From NCBI GenBank assembly GCA_002316315.1, contig DCDG01000037.1, positions 21,967 through 85,966 of the forward strand: 64,000 nucleotides of DNA. The letters are read 5' to 3'. The translations under genes and the position numbers were made by a program. The notes under the pieces were generated by a model, which was given only the letters and a program-made list of their open reading frames with translations, searched no databases and was not told the DNA's origin. Positions 50,138-60,168 of the stretch are shown here, piece by piece. The DNA comes from Candidatus Aminicenantes bacterium UBA1061 (GTDB taxonomy: Bacteria > Acidobacteriota > Aminicenantia > Aminicenantales > Saccharicenantaceae). Numbering within the stretch: the first letter of the stretch is position 1; the number at the start of each line of letters is the position of its first letter.

Positions 50138-51508
50138 TTAATCAATGACGTTAATGGTAGTTTGATGCTTATTAACTTCAATTACCTCCGTCTCATCAGC
50201 CGGGACACCGAGAAAATCAGCTACCGGTTTGACCAGCCGCTGATAATAAAGGGCTGCCCTAACTGTCAGCAGTCCAGCTGGAATGCTATCCGGCAGAACA
50301 AAAGTACAGGTTTCTATCCTGGTTTCCTTCGGGCCAATTCTATAATCAACACCCTGGCTCTTGGTGTTCCATTGCTGAATGGTCATCCGTCCTTGCGGAT
50401 CAAAATAAGGCATCCGGAAAATGCGGTCGCCGGCTGGCACGCCATCTCTCTGGACTCCCTTAAAGTTCTGGTCATTAAGGGCAATACCCATATCCTGATA
50501 AGCCAGCGTATCGGCGGCAATAGTGTATTCTTCTCCTTCGAATCCTTTTTTATCGACTGGCAGATGATAGACATTGCCTCTGGCATCAACCGCATCGACA
50601 TGCAGCCAGACAATTCTGTCTTCGACTGAACCGGTTGGAAACTTATGACCAGTCTTCTGGTTAAAAAGAACAATGGTGAATTTAACTTTGTCCCCGGGTA
50701 CCGCCTCATTGATATCAGGATGAATTCTTAGCTCAATTGTTCCCCTGACTTTACCCGGATCATGAGCACCATGAAAAAGATGCTGGCGAACATCAGGATA
50801 AGCATTGCCCATAGAAGCACTTTTGCCAGGGGCATAGGTCATATGACAATCGTGGCACTTTACTCCTTCCTGAGCATAAGGCCCATCTTTCCACTCCAGC
50901 TGAGTGGATTTAACCCAGACTCCATAAGGACTCTTTTCATTGTGACAGGTACCACAGAACTCCGCCCTGGACAGAAAATCAGATTTGACTAAATTATGTT
51001 CGGGAGAATTGTTATTCTGTCGCGGCCCATACTTATTCTTGCCTGGTTCGGAGATCCAGTTAAAATTAAACGGGGTGTCGCCAGCCATACCAGTTACGGT
51101 GTGGCAGACCTCGCAGGAAACCGATTCATTGGCTCTGGTACCTTTAGCCGGGACTGCCGGCGGAACATCACCAGCTAAAAAGGCCAGAGGCGTGTGACAG
51201 CCGTTACAACCGGCTTTAACACCGGCCACCACCGGATCTTTCTCAGCCTGGGGAACAGCCAGCTTGAAGTATTCGATTTCGTCCCAGTGATGGGTATAGG
51301 CCTGGGACATCATGGCCTGTTTCCACTGCTGATAGATGTCATTATGACATTGAATTCCGCAGAAAGCCGGAGTCTGATAGTCGCTGTATTTTTTTGAGCC
51401 GAGTGCTTCATCTCCAGCCTTTTGCAAGCCGTAGGAAGTTATTAAGCCGAGAGAAATAGCCAGAATGAGGGGCAAAACAACAGCCAGCCATCCGGAGAGT
51501 TGTTTCAT
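50138..51508 (-). CDS. Pentaheme c-type cytochrome, periplasmic/secreted
   Basis: N-terminal signal/anchor. Five CxxCH motifs (CGIQCH, CNGCH, CEVCH, CGTCH, CHDCH) lie in the first roughly 225 residues. The C-terminal 230 aa carry no heme motif. Confidence 0.8.
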   Translation of the reverse strand: MKQLSGWLAVVLPLILAISLGLITSYGLQKAGDEALGSKKYSDYQTPAFCGIQCHNDIYQQWKQAMMSQAYTHHWDEIEYFKLAVPQAEKDPVVAGVKAGCNGCHTPLAFLAGDVPPAVPAKGTRANESVSCEVCHTVTGMAGDTPFNFNWISEPGKNKYGPRQNNNSPEHNLVKSDFLSRAEFCGTCHNEKSPYGVWVKSTQLEWKDGPYAQEGVKCHDCHMTYAPGKSASMGNAYPDVRQHLFHGAHDPGKVRGTIELRIHPDINEAVPGDKVKFTIVLFNQKTGHKFPTGSVEDRIVWLHVDAVDARGNVYHLPVDKKGFEGEEYTIAADTLAYQDMGIALNDQNFKGVQRDGVPAGDRIFRMPYFDPQGRMTIQQWNTKSQGVDYRIGPKETRIETCTFVLPDSIPAGLLTVRAALYYQRLVKPVADFLGVPADETEVIEVNKHQTTINVID

Positions 51509-51792
51509 AAGACCCTCCTTTTTCTCCCTATTCCCTATATAGTTTATATGTTAAGTAAAATAAGGCCCAATGTCAAATTTTGAAGATTCAATTACTCCTG
51601 GACAGGGTTTTAAGGACTGAACCAGACACACCAGGTATTGACCCTGGAAATCAGGGCTGATTATATAAACTTCTACCAGCTATAAATATAAAATTCAGCA
51701 CCTGACCTGACTGGTTCAATCTCCCCTTTATATCCAGTATGTGCTGAATGAACCCCGCGCCAGCCCAGGTGGCCAGCTATCCTCCTACCTTT

Positions 51793-52623
51793 TTACTTTT
51801 TTTGACCCCGTGGATAATTAGGTCCAGGTCCGAATTCTACAGAAGGTGTGCTCCTTATAGGCTGCGGGAACAAGTCCATCAATTTAAAGACCTCAGGTGG
51901 AACATCGGTCGTAACTTTCAAGCCCAGCTCTCGGGCCACATCAACAGAAATCGGAAAATCATGGGTCCAGTGTCCCCTCGTCAAACAATCTGAAATCCTT
52001 TTCTTTTCTTCGAGAGGATAAGTCTCAGGTAATAAGTTAATGATGCCGTTTTCTAGCTGGTTGATCGCTTTTTGAGAAATATCGGCTAAGATCAAAGTTT
52101 CATCATCAATCTCAGCCATTGGCTTTTGCTTGAGGACATTTACAATGGAGGGAGCCGGATATTTATCAATTTGAGGATCAACCGGACCAAGAACCGAGTG
52201 TTCACCCAAAGCTATTTCATCAGCAGCCAGAGCAATAAGCGTACCACCAGACATAGCATAGTGAGGGACATAAATCGTAACTTTTCCTTTATGTGCTCTT
52301 ATAGCTCTGGCTATCTGCAGAGCAGCTAAAGCAATCCCGCCTGGTGTATGGAGTATCAAGCTAATTGGCGTATCCGCATCAGTTGTCTGGATCGCCCGAA
52401 TAACTTTTTCTGAATCATTGATATCAATATAGCGCATGATGGGAAAGCCGAGTACGCTCATGGTCTCCTGGCGATGGATGAGGGTAATCACTCTGGACTT
52501 GGTTTTCTTTTCAATGCGTGAGATTAAATTCTGTCGAGAAGCCTTCAGGATTTCCTGCTTAATGACCGGCTGCAAGGCCGAGATCATAAAAAATAAAATC
52601 AGGATATTAAAGAAGACATTCAT
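51793..52623 (-). CDS. ClpP-class / SDH (S49-like) periplasmic serine protease
   Basis: N-terminal TM. ...LILHTPGGIALAA... and YAMSGGTLIALAADEI... motifs of the SDH/ClpP-like serine protease clan. Confidence 0.55.
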   Translation of the reverse strand: MNVFFNILILFFMISALQPVIKQEILKASRQNLISRIEKKTKSRVITLIHRQETMSVLGFPIMRYIDINDSEKVIRAIQTTDADTPISLILHTPGGIALAALQIARAIRAHKGKVTIYVPHYAMSGGTLIALAADEIALGEHSVLGPVDPQIDKYPAPSIVNVLKQKPMAEIDDETLILADISQKAINQLENGIINLLPETYPLEEKKRISDCLTRGHWTHDFPISVDVARELGLKVTTDVPPEVFKLMDLFPQPIRSTPSVEFGPGPNYPRGQKK

Positions 52624-52844
52624 CGCCCTCTCCTTTTCGTTTGTTTAATTGAATGAACATGATCACCAGAAATCTTGTTCATAGCTTATATTATATGTTA
52701 CCAAAAGAGTTTTTTTATATCAATTAAACTGATTGAAAGCATTCAACTTATGTTCAGCTAGCCATAAAATAATCATACGGGAACTTTTTTTAATTTAGCT
52801 GAGAAATACTTTTCTCTTGAAAGCTTATTTATTTCATCAACATC

Positions 52845-53984
52845 TTAATAAATCCTGGAGACGATGAATTCCTTTTCCCCCGATTCTTTCTCTCTTACCC
52901 AGTAAAGGCAGCTATTCATTATCCTGGCCAGAATGCGGCTGTCGGCAAAAAATGGCCCGAGGCTGACTGTTTTTACCAGGTCACCTTCGGGACTGATAAT
53001 GTCATAAAGATATTCACCTTCCTTCTGTCCACGCTCAAAAGTCATGACAAAAAGATATCCATTTTCATCAGTGAAGAAAGAATAATAAGGTAGAACCTGA
53101 TCAGGGTAAGTCAGTCTAAAGCCCCACCGGGAAAGGGCCTCCAGCTCATTTTTCATTATCTTCTTATATTCATTAAAGCCGTTAGATTTTTTGAGCGGCC
53201 TTGAAATCTTTTTGATTAATTTCCCATTGAGGTCAAAACAAAGAAAGGCGTAGCCTCTTTCCGGGTAGCCTGAATAGATTCTGTCAGCGGAGAGATTGTA
53301 AATAATCTGATGGGGAGTAGCTTCTACTGATTTTTGAAGGAAAGGGTTGGCATAGCTCAGGCGATCAAGCTCCCCAATTTTTTTCAGCCCTGAATCATAA
53401 TGGTTGAGACAAACCAGCCATTCTTTGACCTGAGCCCCAACGATTGATTCCAGACCTATAAAGTGCTGGCCCGGTAAAGGACATAAAGAGCCGAGCTCTC
53501 CCTCATATCTTGTCTCACTGAGGAGCTGGCCAGCCGGGCTAAAGATGGCCATTTTTCTTGCCCCAGAGTCCTGAATAAAAATATTCCCCTCGCTGGTTAG
53601 AAATATTTCATAAGCATTGTCAATTTCGCCTGGGCCCTGTCCCTTCCTGGCAAAACTTCTTATCAGGTGTCCATTTTTATCCAAGACAAAAACCTTATCC
53701 GACTGGCTTTTGCCATTGATGATATAGATGTTGCCGGCAGAATCAACCGCGAAATTATTGATATCAAAGAGGCCTCGATCAATTAATTCCTTATTTCCTG
53801 TATCAATTTGCAGCTTTTTCTCCAGACGAAAAGATGAATAAATTTTTTTAACATCAGAAGCCTCATTCGCCGGAGCCATTAATGGACTCAAGACAGGGCA
53901 GAGGAAAATAAAGAAAATTATAAGAAAAGTTTTCCCATAAGCGGATATCCTGCCAGGAGAAGATCTTTTTCGCTTCACAGCCAC
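52845..53984 (-). CDS. 6-bladed beta-propeller family secreted protein (paralog A)
   Basis: Signal peptide. Repeated NHL/propeller-like blades. The RKGQGPGE motif is shared with the paralog at 60169..61287 (RKGYGPGD). Probable GTG start with GGAGG RBS. Confidence 0.55.
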   Translation of the reverse strand: MAVKRKRSSPGRISAYGKTFLIIFFIFLCPVLSPLMAPANEASDVKKIYSSFRLEKKLQIDTGNKELIDRGLFDINNFAVDSAGNIYIINGKSQSDKVFVLDKNGHLIRSFARKGQGPGEIDNAYEIFLTSEGNIFIQDSGARKMAIFSPAGQLLSETRYEGELGSLCPLPGQHFIGLESIVGAQVKEWLVCLNHYDSGLKKIGELDRLSYANPFLQKSVEATPHQIIYNLSADRIYSGYPERGYAFLCFDLNGKLIKKISRPLKKSNGFNEYKKIMKNELEALSRWGFRLTYPDQVLPYYSFFTDENGYLFVMTFERGQKEGEYLYDIISPEGDLVKTVSLGPFFADSRILARIMNSCLYWVREKESGEKEFIVSRIY

Positions 53985-54274
53985 CCTCCTTTTCTGGCTA
54001 AAATGTCACTGCCTCGGTTCCTTTTTATCTGAAAAGACTCAAATCTGTCAAATTTCTCTTTTACGCTTGCCTCAAAACACCTTCCTCTTTTTGCCCGATC
54101 TTCATGAATTTTTATGCAAGCTGACTTTTGGAGCAATTTACCTCTGGCCGTAAAACTGGACTTTCCTCAAGACAGCAAGCCCTGATCATTTTGGAAAGCC
54201 CAACTGAAAAGGAATAAAACCTGATCCCGGCTTAAAAATGAGGTAATTTTCTGCTCATATTCACTGGCGACCTT

Positions 54275-54308
54275 CCCCGCCAGCGGCGGGCAGGGATTAA
54301 TTTTTTTT
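54275..54308 (+). terminator. Possible plus-strand intrinsic terminator-like GC hairpin followed by T8 in an ORF-free region
   Basis: CCCGCC-agc-GGCGGG hairpin at about 54276..54290. TTTTTTTT at 54301..54308. No upstream plus-strand gene was identified, so its function is unclear. Confidence 0.2.
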
Positions 54309-54689
54309 AGCTAATGGTTGTCACTGCAGAGAACAAGCTTATCTTCGCTGAGCCTGTAACAGCGGCTTTCCTTTTTCGATGGGCAGCAGAGCGGGTCGGT
54401 TTCTTTATGAGTCAGTAAATCGAGCCTGATTTTGGCTTCCTTACTTGAACCCAGCAGGCAAATAGCCGGATTTATTTACACCTCTAATAGCTTTTAAATT
54501 CTGACTATGTCCCCGAGATAAATCAAATTGGTCTGAACGATTTCTTTACCCCTAACCAGCCAAGCTGTTATTTCGTGAAATGCTTTTCCTATCTTCATTT
54601 TTTGGCTATTCATGGCCAGCTCCCGATATCAGGATTTTTGCCTTTCCAGAATTGACAACAACTTCGTGACGTGAACAAGCATTCAAAGA

Positions 54690-54967
<278 letters not shown>

Positions 54968-54973
54968 TATAAA

Positions 54974-54979
54974 ATTATA
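54974..54979 (-). promoter_or_regulatory. -10 box (TATAAT) for SRP RNA
   Basis: Minus-strand TATAAT about 6 nt upstream of the inferred SRP RNA 5' end. No clear -35. Confidence 0.3.
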
Positions 54980-55122
54980 GCATAAAACTATTAGATAATT
55001 ATGATTAGCCGGACAAAAACATTCTATTGACTAATTATTTTTACTGATATAAAAAATAGGCAAATCACAATTTGGGTTCTTCAGAGACCCAAAGGAGGGC
55101 AAATATGGCTTAATTAAACACT

Positions 55123-55359
55123 ATGGACTGGATCTGTCTAATCCTGGTCATTATCGGAGGGCTAAACTGGCTGCTGGTTGGCTTATTCGACTTCGATTTA
55201 GTGGAAGGCATTTTTGGGGCAATGTCCACGCCGGCCAAAATAGTTTATATTCTGGTTGGCGTTGCCACTCTTTATGTGTTGATTCTGCTGATGCCGAAAC
55301 TCGGTAAGAAGAAAAAGGTTGCGGCCCCGGCTCAAAGCAAAGATTCTGAGCCGGCCTGA
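55123..55359 (+). CDS. DUF378 family small membrane protein
   Basis: IGGLNWLLVGLFDFDLV motif characteristic of DUF378. Length 78 aa. Confidence 0.6.
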   Translation: MDWICLILVIIGGLNWLLVGLFDFDLVEGIFGAMSTPAKIVYILVGVATLYVLILLMPKLGKKKKVAAPAQSKDSEPA

Positions 55360-55517
55360 TAAACCGGATAAACAGAAAGCTGTCTTGAAATCGTAGAGAA
55401 GAAAATCTTACCGCTGAAAAGGTTTTTCAACCTGCTATCTTTTGGCCAGTAGAATTTAGCTACACCAGTCCCGAAAGAATCTGGCTATAAATTTTAGAGA
55501 GTTAAATTTAACTGCTT

Positions 55518-58133
55518 CTACACTCCCTCAGGATAAAAGAATGCATTCAACAGGAATTTGTAGGTTCCATGAGATTGAGCCCGGTGTTGGGCCCTGAAGC
55601 CGATTAGAGCAATATGTCCTCTGCCGCTTTTTACATCCACCACGGCTGCTTTCCGGCTAAGATATTCCTCACCCATCAGCCAGCCACTCAGCAGAATATT
55701 ATCTTCGGGATAATAGGCTACCACTTTTCTGTCCATCTTGGCAGGAGGGGCCCAGGTATCCAGGGCCAGGCTTTGATTGAAAAGGGCAGCAGTTTCCTCC
55801 GCCAGGCCGTAGCCAAGGGGTGTGGTATTATCAACTTTGAGCCTCAGAATAGAGACGGGGCAGAAGAATTTGCTGCGGTCAACACCACTAAGGGAATTTC
55901 TGGCCGGAGCACCCAGCTCACTCATGGCCAGCTCGCTGGCCTGATTAAGAGTCACCAGTATTCCACCAGCCTCGACGAAAGCTTTCAGGGCATCAACTCC
56001 CTCCTGCCCGATGCCTCCTTCATATTCTGGCGGCATCTGACTCATAAAAAACCGTGCCGGTTGACCTGGACGTTGAAAGCGGCCTGTTTTAATAATTTCT
56101 GGATTCTCACTGGCCAGAAGGATGACATCAAAATTGGCTTTGAGATCGACTTTTTTAGTTTTTGTACCTTTAAAATCCTGGTTGTGAAGAATAGTATAGG
56201 TAAAACCTAAGTCATCCAGCATACACCTGGTCCAGCCTTCATCGGCATTACCGCGCCAGGATTGGTAAATAGCAATTCGCGGAAATTTAATGGAAGCCTT
56301 ATCAATAGAGGATATATTGGCAAGGGATTCAACTGGAACTGGCCACTTTTCCAGAAGCCCGGAGAGAGTCTGCCTGACAACAGGCGAATTTTTGATTAAA
56401 AAAGCTCCAGCCGGTAGCTCTGTCTGCCCTGTCTTAAGCATGTTTTTCGCTCGCCACATTTCTGCCTTATTCTTGAGGAGGCCAAAAGCCACAGTATAAG
56501 AAACATTGAGTCTGGGATCGAGCGCCAGGTAAGCTGAATCAGGTATATTGGCCTTAGGATATTGAACTCTATCCACTTTATTTAATGGCACCTCAAATGC
56601 TTTATCTATCTGGTCGCAGCGAACACCCATCTGAAGAGGCAGTGTCCAGGCAGCGTTATCATAAGGTGGAACAGGTGGACCGCCAGGATACTGGCGTAAA
56701 TCTGGATATTTCTGCTTTTCAAGTAGCGCCCAGGCATAAGCTTTATTAGGCTGGGCAACCAGAACAACAAAAGAACCAGCCGGATAAAACCTGCCGTCGC
56801 CAATAAAATCCCTGGTGGCCTGATACACTTCTACTCCACCCAGCTGCAGAATTTCAATCATCTTAAGGGTGGTTAGATAGTCGGGTTGGTCTTTGGTGAT
56901 GACAAAGGCATAGGGTTGATTTCTATCCTTAACTTCGATGCTCTGCTTTGACATCAAATAGGAGTTATAAAGAAAATCCTCCTTGTTCAGCCAGGCTGTC
57001 TTGACCAGGCTTTTCGACAGAACCAGCTCATAGTCAACTATATCACGCAGACGCCACCAGCCACCGGGCCAGGGATCAAGGAAATCCATTCTTTTTTCAT
57101 AATAGTCTTTTGAAACTTCTGTTGGTTCAATATAAATCGGAGTAGCCACTCTGACCGAGGCCGCCTCGCTCAACAGACCCACAACATTATGCAGCCAGGA
57201 GGTGTCATCACAGGAACCAATCCACCAGCCGGTGTAGCTGCGGCCATTGACCACGCCTTTATAGTCATTCTTCTGCAAATCATAGGCCATATTAACACCG
57301 CAGAGATTGACACTCCGCCAGAGCAAGGGCTGGATATTGGGCAGAGGGGGATCCATAAAGGGGGGGACAAAGAGGCGAGCGCCATTAGAGCCCATCTGAT
57401 GTTCATCTATATGAATCTGAGGGAACCACTCATGGTAAAGAACCCTGGTCACCGCTCTTGTTTCGGCCAGATTCAGCATAAAGAAATCACGGTTATTGTC
57501 GTGGCCAGCATAGTGATGATAAAGCCAGGGCATGTTGCTCCCTTCATACTCAGTTCCGAGATACTTACGGTACCAATCGACAACCATCTGCTGGCCATCA
57601 GGATTGATGGAAGGACAGAGAAGCACAATAACATCATTAAGGGCTTGCTTCACATCGAAAAAGCCCTGACCGGTGATAAGATCATAAGCCAGCTCCATAG
57701 CCATTTGAGAGGCTGCTATTTCGGTCGAATGGATGTTGCAGGTAATAAGCAAAATGGCCTTACCTTTCTTAGCCAGCTGCCTGGCCTCGTCTGGAATTAA
57801 TCCCCGAGCTTCTTTCAGGCGGCGGGCAATTTCCCGGTAACGGTCAATATTCTTCAAATTATCTTCACTGGAAATAACGGCCATGATCATGTCCCGGCCC
57901 AGGGTGGTTTGGCCGATGTTGAACACAGTCAGCCTGGGCGACTCTTTGTCCAGTAGCTCAAAATAAGCTTTAATCTGATTGTAATCAGCTAATTTTCTAT
58001 CCTCGCCGACTCTGAAACCCAGAAATTTATCAGGCGGCGTCTGAGCTGAAAGAAAACATGGCATCATTGCTGTAAAAAATAATAAAGCCAAAACCAATAT
58101 TGGCTTTAAGGGGCGAAAATTTCTATCAGGCAT
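55518..58133 (-). CDS. Peptidase M14 family zinc carboxypeptidase, large secreted multidomain
   Basis: Signal peptide. N-terminal M14 domain with zinc ligands HSTE (HxxE) and a later His. 871 aa with C-terminal extensions. Confidence 0.65.
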   Translation of the reverse strand: MPDRNFRPLKPILVLALLFFTAMMPCFLSAQTPPDKFLGFRVGEDRKLADYNQIKAYFELLDKESPRLTVFNIGQTTLGRDMIMAVISSEDNLKNIDRYREIARRLKEARGLIPDEARQLAKKGKAILLITCNIHSTEIAASQMAMELAYDLITGQGFFDVKQALNDVIVLLCPSINPDGQQMVVDWYRKYLGTEYEGSNMPWLYHHYAGHDNNRDFFMLNLAETRAVTRVLYHEWFPQIHIDEHQMGSNGARLFVPPFMDPPLPNIQPLLWRSVNLCGVNMAYDLQKNDYKGVVNGRSYTGWWIGSCDDTSWLHNVVGLLSEAASVRVATPIYIEPTEVSKDYYEKRMDFLDPWPGGWWRLRDIVDYELVLSKSLVKTAWLNKEDFLYNSYLMSKQSIEVKDRNQPYAFVITKDQPDYLTTLKMIEILQLGGVEVYQATRDFIGDGRFYPAGSFVVLVAQPNKAYAWALLEKQKYPDLRQYPGGPPVPPYDNAAWTLPLQMGVRCDQIDKAFEVPLNKVDRVQYPKANIPDSAYLALDPRLNVSYTVAFGLLKNKAEMWRAKNMLKTGQTELPAGAFLIKNSPVVRQTLSGLLEKWPVPVESLANISSIDKASIKFPRIAIYQSWRGNADEGWTRCMLDDLGFTYTILHNQDFKGTKTKKVDLKANFDVILLASENPEIIKTGRFQRPGQPARFFMSQMPPEYEGGIGQEGVDALKAFVEAGGILVTLNQASELAMSELGAPARNSLSGVDRSKFFCPVSILRLKVDNTTPLGYGLAEETAALFNQSLALDTWAPPAKMDRKVVAYYPEDNILLSGWLMGEEYLSRKAAVVDVKSGRGHIALIGFRAQHRAQSHGTYKFLLNAFFYPEGV

Positions 58134-58681
58134 GACCTCCTCCTAACTTCGGATTAATAACTTTTTACTATTCCAGCCAGGGCAAGTCAACCAAAATGGG
58201 GTCGGGCCAGCCGATCTCTTTTATTATCATTTAGTTCTCAAACTCTTGGAAAATGCTGAAACATCAAAACAACATTCGTGGTTAATATACTGGTCAGTCA
58301 ATTAATGTTTTACAGTGCCAGGGAAAGACGTAAAATCAGCAATGCATTCTTCTGCAGGCTAATCGGATCTGACAGGTCAAGCCTCGGCTCCTTCTCTACC
58401 CTCTGCTCCCGGTTATAGAACACAGGCAAGAAATACATAAAGGAAAAATAAAAATGTCTAAGATTAAGATAAGATAAGAAGAGAAAAAAATATAAAAATT
58501 CTAATTGCTAAGGCAAAAGCGAAGGGGTATAGGCAAAGCAATAAAGAGCGTAAAATTCGAAAGATACGACAATAATATTTATTAGCAGTTAATTAAAGCT
58601 CCTGGAATCATTAGACAAAGATTCCTGCTTCTATATTTGCTAAGTTCTTGATAATAAAGAATATGCGCTGGCCCGACCCCA

Positions 58682-59371
58682 TTAATCGCGGGAATTGCGG
58701 ATGAGGATCATTCGCAGCAGCTGAATAGCAGCCATGGCGGTAGAAGCCACATAAGTCATAGCTGCCGCTTTAAGCACACTCCTTGCCCCATCAATCTCCT
58801 TGGCATTCAGAAAGCCTCTTTCCTGAAGAATGGCCAGCGCCCGGTGAGAAGCGTTAAACTCAACCGGAAGAGTAATCACTGTAAAGAAAACGGCGGCGCT
58901 GAAAAGCATAATACCGATATCCATCAGGATACTCGGGCCATGTCCACTAAAAAGCAGGCCGATAAAAAAAAGTGGAAAGGCCAGATTTGAGCCTAAACTG
59001 GCAATAGGATAAATAGCATTGCGCAAAGCCAGAAAAGCATAGCCCTGAGCATGCTGAATGGCATGGCCGGCCTCATGAGCGGCAACGCCCAGAGCAGCAA
59101 TTGATGGACTATCATAAACACCCTCAGACAACCGAAGCACTTTTGCCTTCGGATCATAATGGTCAGTCAGGTGACCGCGGGTTTTTTCGATGCGGACGTT
59201 ACTGGCCGGACTGTATTTTAAGATTTCGGCCACAGCCTCGGCCGCGGTCATTCTGGAAGATGAAACTATCTGACCGAAACGGGCAAAAGTTGATTTTACC
59301 TTGTTTTGAGCATAAATAGCAAAAATCAGAACTGGAAGCAACAGCCAGATAGTGTAATCAAAATAAAACAT
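58682..59371 (-). CDS. Membrane zinc metallopeptidase (PF04298-like, HExxH)
   Basis: N-terminal TM, AAHEAGHAIQH motif, and C-terminal TM helices. Length 229 aa. Confidence 0.6.
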   Translation of the reverse strand: MFYFDYTIWLLLPVLIFAIYAQNKVKSTFARFGQIVSSSRMTAAEAVAEILKYSPASNVRIEKTRGHLTDHYDPKAKVLRLSEGVYDSPSIAALGVAAHEAGHAIQHAQGYAFLALRNAIYPIASLGSNLAFPLFFIGLLFSGHGPSILMDIGIMLFSAAVFFTVITLPVEFNASHRALAILQERGFLNAKEIDGARSVLKAAAMTYVASTAMAAIQLLRMILIRNSRD

Positions 59372-59532
59372 CTCATTTCCTCCTGGATTTTTATTCTACC
59401 TGAAAAATACCGCCTGGTAAACATGTGTCTCCCAAAAAATAATAAATATCCACTTTCTCACCTGGCCAAAGGCGTTAGAATTACCCCCCCCGCCACCAGC
59501 CGGGCTATCTTATCTAGATTTACCTGACACCT

Positions 59533-59919
59533 TCACTTTTCCAACACCTTGATAGCCTCATCAATGTTGGACACATCGAGAATGACAGAAATGGCATTGG
59601 CCACCTGGCTCAGCGTTCCATAGCAATATTCAACATTGATTCCCTCATCACCGATTTTTGTCACCACCTCAGCTAAGGCCCCGGGCTTATTTTCCAGGTG
59701 AACAAGCAAAACATCACGGAGTTCGGTGGTATAATTCAGCTTGCTCAGGATTTTGACCGCTTTGTTAAGGTTTTTAACATAAATTTTGGCTGTATCCTGA
59801 AAAACACCGATAGCTTCAACATTGATATCGTTTTCAGCCAGCTGACTCAGCATCTCTCCCAAGACTGATGGCTTATTCTCCAGGATGACAAAAATTTCCG
59901 TAATTCTTTCAAAGTCCAT
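59533..59919 (-). CDS. Tandem ACT-domain protein
   Basis: Two repeats of an ACT-like unit (ILENKPSVLGEMLSQLAENDINVEAIGV / HLENKPGALAEVVTKIGDEGINVEYCYG). Length 128 aa. Confidence 0.6.
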   Translation of the reverse strand: MDFERITEIFVILENKPSVLGEMLSQLAENDINVEAIGVFQDTAKIYVKNLNKAVKILSKLNYTTELRDVLLVHLENKPGALAEVVTKIGDEGINVEYCYGTLSQVANAISVILDVSNIDEAIKVLEK

Positions 59920-60168
59920 TATCTCCTCCCCTGTTGTCTAATTTTTCCCATACTATCCTCGCCATATTTAAAGAAGCTTTATAATTATTTATTAGTCCAT
60001 TAAATAAGATTTTTCAACTGAAATTTATTAAAAATCTGGGTAGGACAGCTAACTAAGACCAATAAACCGATAGTTTACAATGACCAGATCCGAACTAAGT
60101 CCAATATGGCCAAAAGCTCAGGACTACTATTAGCGAGCAAATTAACACCAATATTATCAGATTTTTCT

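Noticed and set aside
50138-51508. Pentaheme cytochrome as nitrite reductase NrfA
   Set aside because: The heme-motif spacing does not fit NrfA; there is no CxxCK and no nrfH or nrfBCD neighbour; and the downstream partner is a porin-like protein instead.
54141-54240. RNase P RNA-like fragments (GGAAAGTCC on the minus strand, CCCGGCTTA on the plus strand) in the ORF-free region
   Set aside because: The two conserved-looking strings lie on opposite strands and lack the surrounding P4 context. This is a coincidental match.
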